DNA of 64,000 nt. Origin: Candidatus Hydrothermales bacterium. GTDB taxonomy: Bacteria > Hydrothermota > Hydrothermia > Hydrothermales > JAJRUZ01. A program made the position numbers and the translations under genes. The first letter of the stretch is position 1; every line of letters starts with the position of its first letter. This document shows, one piece after another, positions 30,746-39,657 of this stretch. The stretch lies in assembly GCA_039630575.1 (NCBI GenBank), contig JBCNUW010000008.1:1-64000 (forward strand). The letters are read 5' to 3'. Under the pieces are notes generated by a model that was not told where the DNA came from, did not search any database, and was given only the letters and a program-made list of their open reading frames with translations.

Positions 30746-30775
30746 TTGAAAAGGTATAATTGAAATAATTATAAT
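30746..30775 (+). promoter_or_regulatory. sigma70 promoter TTGAAA-N18-TATAAT for por operon
   Basis: Near-consensus hexamers; -10 lies inside perfect palindrome ATAATTATAATTAT (30765-30778). Confidence 0.6.
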
Positions 30776-30839
30776 TATATTGGGGGGGAATTAAAGGTTC
30801 TATTCCCTATTTGGGATATCAAAAAGGAGGGTTTCTGAA

Positions 30840-31388
30840 ATGGTTGAAATTAGATTTCATGGGAGGGGTGGACAAGGAACTGTAGTAGCTTCAAAGGTTA
30901 GTGCAATAGCAGCCTTTAAAAAGGGTTTTTATCCCCTTGCCTTTCCGCAGTTCGGAGTGGAAAGAAGGGGTGCTCCTGTTGCTGCTTTTTTAAGAATTTT
31001 TAACCCAGATGAGAAGCTCTATTTAAGATGTAATATATATAATCCAGACATCATAGTGATTTTAGACCCAACTTTACCTGAAATGATCAATGTTACTGAG
31101 GGATTAAAGGATAATGGGAAAATTATTATTAATTCTGATAGGGAACATAATTTTGGCTCTAACTTTAAAGTTTTTGCTGTAGATGCAACCTCCATCGCAA
31201 TTAAACATAAACTTGGCTCAAAAGCCCAACCAATAGTGAATACAGCAATATTAGGGGCTCTTGCAAAAGTTTCAGGAATTTTTGGTATGGAGGAGTTAAA
31301 GCTTGCAATAGAAGAAGAGATAGAATTTAAAGCTATAGAAAATATAAAAGCTGCTGAAGAGGCTTTTTTATCTTGTAAGGAAATATAA
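30840..31388 (+). CDS. porC: 2-oxoacid:acceptor oxidoreductase gamma subunit
   Basis: EIRFHGRGGQG, FGVERRGAPV, NTAILGA; SD AAGGAGG. Confidence 0.92.
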   Translation: MVEIRFHGRGGQGTVVASKVSAIAAFKKGFYPLAFPQFGVERRGAPVAAFLRIFNPDEKLYLRCNIYNPDIIVILDPTLPEMINVTEGLKDNGKIIINSDREHNFGSNFKVFAVDATSIAIKHKLGSKAQPIVNTAILGALAKVSGIFGMEELKLAIEEEIEFKAIENIKAAEEAFLSCKEI

Positions 31389-31400
31389 AAGGAGGTTTAA

Positions 31401-33065
31401 ATGAGTGAAAGAATACATTATAAAAATATTGATGAATTACCTGAAATTGCATTATCAGTTGGTTCAACAAGAGTATTAAAAACAGGATCCTGGAGAAATG
31501 TAAAACCGGTAATAGAAGATAAGGCTGCTCCCTGTACAAAGGCATGTCCAATAGGAACTAAAATTCCACAATATTTTTACCACACCATTGAAAAGGATCT
31601 TGATAAAGCAGCTGATATTCTCCTTGAAAAAAATCCTTTTCCTGCTATTACAGGTAGGGTATGTCCTGCTTTCTGTCAAATAGGATGTAACAGAAAGAGG
31701 TTTGATGAAAGAATTTCTATTAGAGAAATTGAAAGGTTTGTGGGTGACTATATTTTAGAAAGGGGGTACAAAGTTAAAAATTTACCTTCTGACACTGGTA
31801 AATCTATAGCAGTAGTTGGTTCAGGTCCTGCTGGTATGGCAGCTGCTTATTATTTAAGAAGAGCAGGACATAAAGTAACTATCTATGAAAGAGAGTCTTT
31901 ACCAGGAGGTGTCTTGAGATATGGAATACCACCTTATAGGCTGCCTAAGGATATTCTCGACAAGGAATTTGAAATGCTTTTGAATATGGGAATTAAGATA
32001 GAGACAAACAGAGAACTCTCAAAGGATCTTGATTTGGAAGAACTAAGAAAAAATTTTGATGCTTTATTTATTGCTACAGGAGCCTGGATTGAAAAGAAAA
32101 TGAAAATTGAAGGAGAAGAACTTTTTCTCTCCGGTGTTCACTTTCTTAAGGAATTTAACACAGGAAAGGACATCTCAAGGTTTAAAGGAAAAAAAGTAGC
32201 TTGTATAGGAGCAGGTAATGTGGCGATGGATGTAGTAAGAACATTAAAGAGAATAAATGCAAAGCCCGAGATTCTATATAGGAGGACTGAAGCTGAAATG
32301 CCCGCCTTGGAAGAAGAAAGAGAGAAGGCAAAAAAAGATGGAATTCCCTTTCATCTTCTTGTTCTCCCGATCAAGGCGAAAGAAAAAAACGGTAAAACTG
32401 TTTTAACAATACAAAGAATGCAGTTAGGAGAACCAGATTCCTCTGGTAGAAGAAGACCTGTACCAGTAGAGGGTTCTGAGTATGAGGAAGAATATGATTT
32501 TGTCATAAAAGCAATTGGTGAAGAGTCTGATAGGAAGTTATTACCTCCTGAATATCTTGGGGAAGATGGATGGCCCTATGCAGATAAAAAAACTGCTGCC
32601 ACTAAGGTAAAGGGGGTTTTTGCTGGTGGAGATTTTATACAGGGACCTTCAACTGTTGTAGAGGCAGAATCTTGGGCTCAAAAAGCAGCTGAGAGTATAA
32701 ATAGATACTTAAAGGGAGAAGATTTAACTATAAAGGAAAGTGTACCGAAAACCGTTTCCTATATGCTTATAAAAACAGACTACTTTAAAAAAGAAAAGGC
32801 CATTCATCCTTTTGAGTTAACTGTTGAAGAAAGAATCAATTCCTTTGAAGAGGAAGTTAAAACACTTTCAGATGAATTGGCAATCAAAGAAGCAAAGAGG
32901 TGTTTTTCTTGTGGTTATTGTAATTCTTGCGGAAACTGTTTTGTTTATTGTCCGGATATGGCAGTTTTATGGAAAGATTCACGGCCTTTAATAGATTACG
33001 ATTTTTGTAAAGGTTGTGGTGTCTGTGCAAGTGAGTGTCCAAGAGGAATAATAAACATGGTTTAA
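31401..33065 (+). CDS. FAD/NAD(P)-dependent oxidoreductase (GltD/NfnB-like) embedded in a PorD-like delta/ferredoxin subunit
   Basis: N-term TGSWR..KPVI; PC..ACP, GRVC..FC..GCNR; GSGPAG; GAGNVAMD; YRRT; C-term CFSCG.C..C..C...CPD and DYDFCKGCGVCASECP. Confidence 0.85.
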   Translation: MSERIHYKNIDELPEIALSVGSTRVLKTGSWRNVKPVIEDKAAPCTKACPIGTKIPQYFYHTIEKDLDKAADILLEKNPFPAITGRVCPAFCQIGCNRKRFDERISIREIERFVGDYILERGYKVKNLPSDTGKSIAVVGSGPAGMAAAYYLRRAGHKVTIYERESLPGGVLRYGIPPYRLPKDILDKEFEMLLNMGIKIETNRELSKDLDLEELRKNFDALFIATGAWIEKKMKIEGEELFLSGVHFLKEFNTGKDISRFKGKKVACIGAGNVAMDVVRTLKRINAKPEILYRRTEAEMPALEEEREKAKKDGIPFHLLVLPIKAKEKNGKTVLTIQRMQLGEPDSSGRRRPVPVEGSEYEEEYDFVIKAIGEESDRKLLPPEYLGEDGWPYADKKTAATKVKGVFAGGDFIQGPSTVVEAESWAQKAAESINRYLKGEDLTIKESVPKTVSYMLIKTDYFKKEKAIHPFELTVEERINSFEEEVKTLSDELAIKEAKRCFSCGYCNSCGNCFVYCPDMAVLWKDSRPLIDYDFCKGCGVCASECPRGIINMV

Positions 33066-33084
33066 AATTTAAAGGAGATTTAAA

Positions 33085-34278
33085 ATGGAAAAACTAAAGA
33101 CAAGAGAAAAAAAAGTTTTATATGGTAATCATGCTGTTTCATACGGAGTAAAGGTTTCAAGAGTGCAGGTTATATCAGCTTATCCTATTACTCCACAAAC
33201 TCCGGTTGTAGAGTTACTTTCAGAAATGTGTGGAAAAAAGGAACTTAATGCAACTTTTGTGAATGTTGAGTCAGAACACTCTGCTATGGCAGTTTGTATT
33301 GGTGCGAGTATATCAGGTGCAAGAGTATTTACAGCAACTTCCTCCCAGGGTTTACTTTTGATGCATGAACTTTTGCATTGGGCAACTGGAGATAGGCTTC
33401 CGATTGTAATGGCAGTTATAAACAGAGCTGTTGCTGCTCCATGGTCAATTTGGTCTGATCAAAATGACACAATATCCCAAAGAGATACAGGATGGATGCA
33501 AATTTATTGTGAGTCAAACCAAGAGGTTCTTGACTCTATTATTTTGGCTTACAAAGTTTCTGAAAAGGTTTTTCTTCCTACAATGATTGTTCTTGATGCT
33601 TTTATTTTATCTCACACTGCAGAGCCAGTTGAGATTCCAAGTCAAGAGGAAGTTGATAATTTTCTACCTCCACTTGTTCTTCCATGGGCATTAGATCCGC
33701 AAAAACCTGTTGCTATAGGTGCTGTTGTTTCTCCTTCAGGTCCCTATATGGAATTAAGGTATAAAATACAAAAGGCAATGGAAAAAGCCCTTGAGGAAAT
33801 TGAAAATGCTTCTTTGGAATATGAGAGTATTACTGGCAGAAGATGGGGAGTTTTTGAAGAATTTATGATGGATGACGCTGATACTGTTATAGTTGTTTCA
33901 GGTGCTATTTCCTCAACTTTTAAATACACTGTCAATGAGATAAGAAAAGAAAAAAATAAGAAAATTGGTGTATTAAGAATGAGGGTTTTAAGACCTTTCC
34001 CTTTTGTGAAATTGAGAGAAATTTTAGGTGACAGAAAGAGGATTATTGTTGTGGATAGAAATATTTCTTTTGGGTCAGGTGGTGTTTTTTTCAATGAAAT
34101 AAGGTCTTGTCTTTATAATTTAAAAAGAAGACCTAAAATTTTGGGCTATATAACAGGTTTAGGTGGAAGAGATATTACACCTAAAGACATTTATGATATG
34201 ATTGAGGATGCTGAAAAAAGAAAGGGTGAAGAGGATATTATATTTTTTGGGTTAAAAGAAGAAAATATAAACTTATAA
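33085..34278 (+). CDS. porA: 2-oxoacid:acceptor oxidoreductase alpha subunit
   Basis: AYPITPQT, ESEHSAM, TATSSQG, RPFP, GLGGRD. Confidence 0.93.
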   Translation: MEKLKTREKKVLYGNHAVSYGVKVSRVQVISAYPITPQTPVVELLSEMCGKKELNATFVNVESEHSAMAVCIGASISGARVFTATSSQGLLLMHELLHWATGDRLPIVMAVINRAVAAPWSIWSDQNDTISQRDTGWMQIYCESNQEVLDSIILAYKVSEKVFLPTMIVLDAFILSHTAEPVEIPSQEEVDNFLPPLVLPWALDPQKPVAIGAVVSPSGPYMELRYKIQKAMEKALEEIENASLEYESITGRRWGVFEEFMMDDADTVIVVSGAISSTFKYTVNEIRKEKNKKIGVLRMRVLRPFPFVKLREILGDRKRIIVVDRNISFGSGGVFFNEIRSCLYNLKRRPKILGYITGLGGRDITPKDIYDMIEDAEKRKGEEDIIFFGLKEENINL

Positions 34279-34292
34279 AAGGAGGTTAAATT

Positions 34293-35219
34293 ATGGCTTT
34301 TGAGTGGGAGGATCTTTTACAGGAAGAGCTTTTAGATCCTGGAATTTTATCCTGTCAAGGGTGTGGTGCAGTGATAGCTTTAAGGCATATTTTAAGAGCA
34401 CTTGGAAAAAATACAGTTGTTACAGTTCCAGCCTGTTGTTGGACTATTATTGATGGGCCCTATCCTTATCATTCCTTAAAAGTTCCTCTTTTTCATACTG
34501 CTTTTGAAACAGCAGCTGCTGCAGCCTGTGGCATAAGGGCAGGCATGAATGCAAGAGGTAAAAGTGATGTGAACGTTTTAGCCTATGCAGGTGATGGAGG
34601 CACCTTTGATATAGGACTTCAGGCACTTTCTGGAGTTGCAGAAAGAAACGAAGATATTATTTATATCTGTTATGATAATGAAGCCTATATGAATACTGGA
34701 ATTCAGAGATCAGGGGCTACACCTTATAAGGCATGGACTGCCACTACACCTTTTGAAAGTCCTAACCAAAGACCAAAGAAAAATATCGTAGAAATAATGA
34801 GAGCTCATAAGATACCTTATATAGCTACAGCAAATGTGGCTTTTCCTCTTGATCTTTATAAAAAAGTAAGAAAGGCAAAAGAAATAAAGGGAACAAGATT
34901 TATACATGTTTTGTGTCCCTGTCCCCCTGGATGGAGAATGGATTCAGAATTAACAGTTAAAGTTGCAAGACTTGCAGTTGAAACAAAGGTTTTTCCACTA
35001 TATGAGATTGAAAATGGCGACTTTTTGAGAATAAATTACATGCCGAAAGGTCTACCTATAAAAGATTATCTTACAATTCAGGGAAGGTTTAGACACTTAA
35101 GAGAGGATGAAATTATAGAAATACAGAAAATAGTAGACTATAGCTTTGATAAATTACTTGAAGAACATAAAAGATCAAATGGAACAATTGATAACATAGA
35201 AAGAGGAATATATAAATAG
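34293..35219 (+). CDS. porB: 2-oxoacid:acceptor oxidoreductase beta subunit (TPP-binding)
   Basis: CQGC, GDGGTFDIG, YDNEAYMNTGIQRS, PCPPGW. Confidence 0.93.
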   Translation: MAFEWEDLLQEELLDPGILSCQGCGAVIALRHILRALGKNTVVTVPACCWTIIDGPYPYHSLKVPLFHTAFETAAAAACGIRAGMNARGKSDVNVLAYAGDGGTFDIGLQALSGVAERNEDIIYICYDNEAYMNTGIQRSGATPYKAWTATTPFESPNQRPKKNIVEIMRAHKIPYIATANVAFPLDLYKKVRKAKEIKGTRFIHVLCPCPPGWRMDSELTVKVARLAVETKVFPLYEIENGDFLRINYMPKGLPIKDYLTIQGRFRHLREDEIIEIQKIVDYSFDKLLEEHKRSNGTIDNIERGIYK

Positions 35220-35249
35220 GTTCAAAGCCTAAAAAAAATTTTTGCTGAA

Positions 35250-36221
35250 ATGGAGGTAATTGAAGAAGGTAAAGTAGAGCTAATTCAAAGGCCTGATGTG
35301 GAAGAATTTAGGAAATTTGTAAGAGAAAAGAAAAGAAGAGGTTTTGTGGACAAAGTAATGGATGAAAAGGAGGCAGTAAAGGAATTTATAAATGACGGTG
35401 ACTATATTGGAGTTGAACTTTATGGCACTGTGAGAGCTCCTCTTTCGGTTGTGCGAGAAATTGCAAGACAAGGGAAGAAAAACTTAAGACTTGCAGGTCA
35501 AGGTCTTCTTGAGATTGATTATCTTTTAGCCTTAGATCTAGTTGAAGCAATGGATGTTACCTATATTGGTTATGAAGTTTTAGGTCTTTCTCCGATTTTT
35601 AGAAGAGCTGCTGAAAGTGGAAAAATTAAAATTGCAGAATGGTCAAATGGAGCAATGTCGTGGAGATTTAAGGCAGCAGCTATGGGTATCCCTTTTATTC
35701 CTGTAAGGAGTATGCTTGGTTCAGATACTTTTAGATACTCATCAGCAAAAGTTGTTAAATGCCCTTTCACAGGATTAAAACTTTGCCTTTTACCAGCCTT
35801 AATACTTGATGTAGGGATAATACATGTTCATAAATGTGATAAGTACGGAAATGCTGTGATTGAGGGTATCTCTGGTTTTGCCTTTGAGATGGCAAGGGCA
35901 TCAAAAAGACTTATAATAAGTACTGAAGAGATAATCTCAACTGATGAGATAAGACGATATCCCGAGAGAACAATAATTCCTTATTTTCTTACTGATGCTG
36001 TTGTTTATGCACCTTTTGGATCCCATCCTGGTGAAATGGTTTACCTTTATGAAAGAGATGAAGAGCATTTAAAAATGTTTCTTGAAATGGCACAAACGGT
36101 AGAGGGTACTAAAAAGTATATGGAAGAATATGTTTTATCTTTAAAGAATCATCAAGAATATCTTGAAAAGATAGGGATGGAAAAACTTTTAAAATTAAAG
36201 TATGAAAAAATGGAGAGGTGA
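35250..36221 (+). CDS. Family I CoA-transferase subunit A (glutaconate CoA-transferase-like)
   Basis: AAAMGIPFIP.RSMLGSD, DVGIIHV, APFGSHP. Confidence 0.85.
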   Translation: MEVIEEGKVELIQRPDVEEFRKFVREKKRRGFVDKVMDEKEAVKEFINDGDYIGVELYGTVRAPLSVVREIARQGKKNLRLAGQGLLEIDYLLALDLVEAMDVTYIGYEVLGLSPIFRRAAESGKIKIAEWSNGAMSWRFKAAAMGIPFIPVRSMLGSDTFRYSSAKVVKCPFTGLKLCLLPALILDVGIIHVHKCDKYGNAVIEGISGFAFEMARASKRLIISTEEIISTDEIRRYPERTIIPYFLTDAVVYAPFGSHPGEMVYLYERDEEHLKMFLEMAQTVEGTKKYMEEYVLSLKNHQEYLEKIGMEKLLKLKYEKMER

Positions 36222-36982
36222 AAATGAATTATTCAAAAACTGAGTTAATGATTTGTGTAGCTGCAAGGATGATGGAAGATTATTCTACCTGTTTTATTGG
36301 AACAGGTATACCAATGCTTGCAGCCTCTCTTGCTCAAAGACTTTATGCTCCTAATCTTATTCCCATATTTGAGTTTGGTGGAATAGGAGCTATATTAAAG
36401 AAACTACCAAGAGCTGTGGGAGAGGGAAGGACCTTTTTCAGAGCTCTCGCTGCCACAGGAATATGTGATATCATGGAAACAGCCCAAAGGGGCTTTATTG
36501 ATTACGGCTTCCTGGGAGGAGCCCAGATAGATCCATATGGTAATCTTAATACAACAGTAATAGGTGAACATAAAAAACCTAAGGTTAGACTGCCAGGAAG
36601 CGGAGGTGGAAATGATGTTGGTTCTTTATGCTGGAAAACTATTATTATTATGAAACATGAAAAGAAAAGGTTTATAGAAAAGATTGATTTTATCACAACA
36701 CCTGGATACCTGTCTGGTAAGGGAAAGAGAGAGGAAGCAGGTTTACCTGAGGGAACAGGACCATATAGAGTTGTAACTGATCTTGCTATTTGTGATTTCG
36801 ATGAGGAAACAAAAAGGATGAGAGTTATCTCTATTCATCCAGGAGTTTCTTTGAAGGATGTTTTAGAAAATACTGGTTTTGAGCTTTTAGTTAAAGAACC
36901 TCTTGAAATTACAAAGGAGCCAACTGAGGAAGAATTAAAAGTTTTAAGAGAGGAAGTTGATCCTCAGAGGTATTACATATAG
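36218..36982 (+). CDS. Family I CoA-transferase subunit B
   Basis: GTGIP, IFEFG, GFLGGAQIDPYGNLNTT, RLPGSGG, DFITTPG. Confidence 0.88.
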   Translation: MKMNYSKTELMICVAARMMEDYSTCFIGTGIPMLAASLAQRLYAPNLIPIFEFGGIGAILKKLPRAVGEGRTFFRALAATGICDIMETAQRGFIDYGFLGGAQIDPYGNLNTTVIGEHKKPKVRLPGSGGGNDVGSLCWKTIIIMKHEKKRFIEKIDFITTPGYLSGKGKREEAGLPEGTGPYRVVTDLAICDFDEETKRMRVISIHPGVSLKDVLENTGFELLVKEPLEITKEPTEEELKVLREEVDPQRYYI

Positions 36983-36985
36983 ATA

Positions 36986-37060
36986 CGGGGAGTAGCGCAG
37001 TTCGGTAAGCGCGCCTGGTTCGGGACCAGGAGGACAGGGGTTCAAATCCCCTCTCCCCGA
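36986..37060 (+). tRNA. tRNA-Pro(CGG), CCA not encoded
   Basis: Acceptor CGGGGAG/CTCCCCG+A, anticodon arm CCTGG-TTCGGGA-CCAGG, T arm AGGGG-TTCAAAT-CCCCT. Confidence 0.97.
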
Positions 37061-37063
37061 TCT

Positions 37064-37594
37064 CTATCTTTTGATTAATTCTTTAAGACAAATATCTTTA
37101 ATTTTTTTAAAAATATATTCTCTTTTATCTTCGGTAATTTCATAAATTTTAACATCTTTTCTTTCTTTAATTTTTTTAATAAAGGGGTGGGGTGATATAG
37201 AAATAGTAGCAACTATATTTATTTCTGAATTAAAGGCTTTTTCAATTGCATTTTTGAATTTCTCAGAGAAAAGTTCCATTTTTCCTATTTCGTCTATTAT
37301 AAGCAGGGTCTTATTTTCTATCGCTTTTATAATTTCTGGAACGCCTATCTCTTCAAGGGCATTTATATCTACACCGTATCTGCCTACTTTTAGGTTTGTT
37401 TCAAAGTTTATATGAGCAAAAATTTTTCTCTCTCCGCCAAAATTTTCTATGAAAAACCCTTTCCTCTCACCTTTTTCCTTTATTTCAGCGGTAAAAAAGC
37501 CATTTGAAGGTATTTTATTTTTAAGTTCTTCATAGATTCTTTTTATTAATGTAGTTTTTCCTGCTCTTGGTTTTCCTGTTACAAGTATTTTCAT
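37064..37594 (-). CDS. NTPase_1 (THEP1-like) nucleoside triphosphatase
   Basis: VTGKPRAGKTT, GFFTAEI, VGRYGVD, IIDEIGKMELFS. Confidence 0.92.
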   Translation of the reverse strand: MKILVTGKPRAGKTTLIKRIYEELKNKIPSNGFFTAEIKEKGERKGFFIENFGGERKIFAHINFETNLKVGRYGVDINALEEIGVPEIIKAIENKTLLIIDEIGKMELFSEKFKNAIEKAFNSEINIVATISISPHPFIKKIKERKDVKIYEITEDKREYIFKKIKDICLKELIKR

Positions 37595-37645
37595 AATAAA
37601 AATTTATAAGAGAAAAAAAACGAAATTTTCATTTATAATAATTTT

Positions 37646-38221
37646 ATGAAGCCCTTTGAAGTAAAAATTTTTAAGAAAGATAATGTTATTTATGTAAATT
37701 TAAAAGGTAAAATAGATACAAGGACAGTTAATGATTTTAAAGAAGCATTGGAAAAAGTTAAAAGTGAAGCTAAAGAAAAAATAGTGATTAGTTATAAAGA
37801 TGTTGATTATGTATCAAGTGCAGGTTATGGGGCACTTTTAAAGTTTTGTGTTTACTCAAAAAAAGAAAATAAAAGTGTAATTGTAACAGGTATGAAGCCC
37901 GAAATAAAAAACATATTTGACATAATGGAATTATATAGGTTTATTGAATATAAAGAAAACTTACAAATACCTCAATTTTTAGAAGAGGTGGAGATGGAAA
38001 AGAAAAGAGAGCCCTTATATGAAATTGAGAGATGGCTAGAGGAAAAAGTTGTTGATAATCCGATGCTTGAACCAGAAGAGCTTTTTGAGATTTATGGGAA
38101 AATAGATAAAAATATTACTTTAGAGGAATTTAAAGATGTACTTAAAAGAAAAAAACTCTTTACAAAAGAAGAGAGGCTCCTTTTTGCCTATATGAAATTA
38201 AAAGAAAAGATTTTAAAATGA
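37646..38221 (+). CDS. STAS-domain anti-sigma factor antagonist with C-terminal helical extension
   Basis: LKGKID, VDYVSSAG phosphoacceptor motif. Confidence 0.8.
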   Translation: MKPFEVKIFKKDNVIYVNLKGKIDTRTVNDFKEALEKVKSEAKEKIVISYKDVDYVSSAGYGALLKFCVYSKKENKSVIVTGMKPEIKNIFDIMELYRFIEYKENLQIPQFLEEVEMEKKREPLYEIERWLEEKVVDNPMLEPEELFEIYGKIDKNITLEEFKDVLKRKKLFTKEERLLFAYMKLKEKILK

Positions 38222-39657
38222 GCTTTAAAATAAAAATTAGTATCCTTTTTTCAATAATTTTTGTTTTTTTCTTCTTTTTAATTTATGATTATTTAACTAA
38301 AAGAGGTGAAAGTTATATTATTGAGGAGTTAAATAAAAGAGGTAATTCATTGGCCACATCCCTTGCAATGGTTGCAAAAGAACCACTAATTGATGAGGAT
38401 CTTGCTGAACTTAGTAGGCTTACATATTCAATTAAAAAGGAAGAAAATCTCGTTTTTGTTTATATTGTTGATAAATACAATAAAATCAGAGGTTCTCCTG
38501 ATTATGAAGAAGTCGGCAAAAACGTTGAGGATATTTTAAGAATTTATAAGGCAAAACAAAACTTTTTTCTATTTGAAAAGGATGTTTCAATGGGAGGAAT
38601 CAATATTGGAAAGGTTTATTTAGCCCTTTCTTTGGAAATACTTGAAAAGGCAAAAAAGGATTTTAGAAAAGTAGCATCTATAATTTTTTTCCTCTTTCTT
38701 TTTTTAGGCTTAATATCAATTTTTCTTTTCTCATACATATCCTTAAAACCATTAAACTATATTATTAAAGCTCTCAAAAGAATTGGTGAAGGAGATTTGG
38801 AGAAGGAAATAAGATACCCCTCAAAAGATGAATTCGGAAAAATAGTTGAAGTAGCTGAAGAAATGAGAATTAAACTTATTGAATATAGAAAAGATTTGAT
38901 GGAAAAGGAAAGGTTAAGAAGGGATGCAGAACTTGCTAAAGAGATTCAGAAGATGCTTTTACCAGAAAAATTACCAGACCTAAGAGAGTATGAAATTTCA
39001 TACTATTACGAACCAGCTTTCTATGTAGGGGGTGACTATGTTGATGTTTTGAAAACAATTACCCATACTTTCTGCATAATAGGAGATGTTTCAGGAAAGG
39101 GTGCCTCTTCATCTCTTATTATGGCTTTAACAAAGTCCTTTATATATTCGAATTATAAAACATCAAGAAGTCCTATAGCTTTTGCAGCAAATATTCATTC
39201 CTTCTTAAGAGACAAAATCCCGGATGATATGTTTCTAACTCTTTTTCTACTATACCTTGAAGACAACGGCAACTATACTTATTCTTCTTGTGGACATACT
39301 CCACCACTTTTATATACTTCAAATACAAATCTTTTAAGAAAGTTTAAAACAAATGGGGTTCCTATTGGTTTTTCCTTTGTTTCATCTGAAGAATATCCCA
39401 GTTTTGTGCAAAAGGGTCAAGGTAAATTAGAAAAAGATGATGTTCTTTTTCTTTACACAGATGGTCTTATAGATGTTAGAAACGAAAAGGGTGAAACATT
39501 AGGCGAAGATGGTATTTTCAATTTATTTTATGAGATAGTTAGAGAGGTGAAAAGTGTGGAGAAAATTAAAAATAAAATGGTCGATAAAATTAAAGAATTC
39601 ATGGGAAAATCTGAACCAGAGGATGATATAACTTTTCTGATTATAAAAAAGAAATGA
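38218..39657 (+). CDS. Membrane SpoIIE/RsbU-type PP2C phosphatase with HAMP
   Basis: 2 TM, HAMP, AKEIQ..LLP, VGGDY, GDVSGKG, GH.PP, YTDG, DDIT. Confidence 0.92.
   Translation: MSFKIKISILFSIIFVFFFFLIYDYLTKRGESYIIEELNKRGNSLATSLAMVAKEPLIDEDLAELSRLTYSIKKEENLVFVYIVDKYNKIRGSPDYEEVGKNVEDILRIYKAKQNFFLFEKDVSMGGINIGKVYLALSLEILEKAKKDFRKVASIIFFLFLFLGLISIFLFSYISLKPLNYIIKALKRIGEGDLEKEIRYPSKDEFGKIVEVAEEMRIKLIEYRKDLMEKERLRRDAELAKEIQKMLLPEKLPDLREYEISYYYEPAFYVGGDYVDVLKTITHTFCIIGDVSGKGASSSLIMALTKSFIYSNYKTSRSPIAFAANIHSFLRDKIPDDMFLTLFLLYLEDNGNYTYSSCGHTPPLLYTSNTNLLRKFKTNGVPIGFSFVSSEEYPSFVQKGQGKLEKDDVLFLYTDGLIDVRNEKGETLGEDGIFNLFYEIVREVKSVEKIKNKMVDKIKEFMGKSEPEDDITFLIIKKK

Noticed and set aside
36986..37100. tRNA-Pro as an integration site / leader hairpins as att remnants
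   Set aside because: No integrase, no duplicated tRNA 3' end, no compositional shift; hairpin copies differ from the tRNA stem sequence
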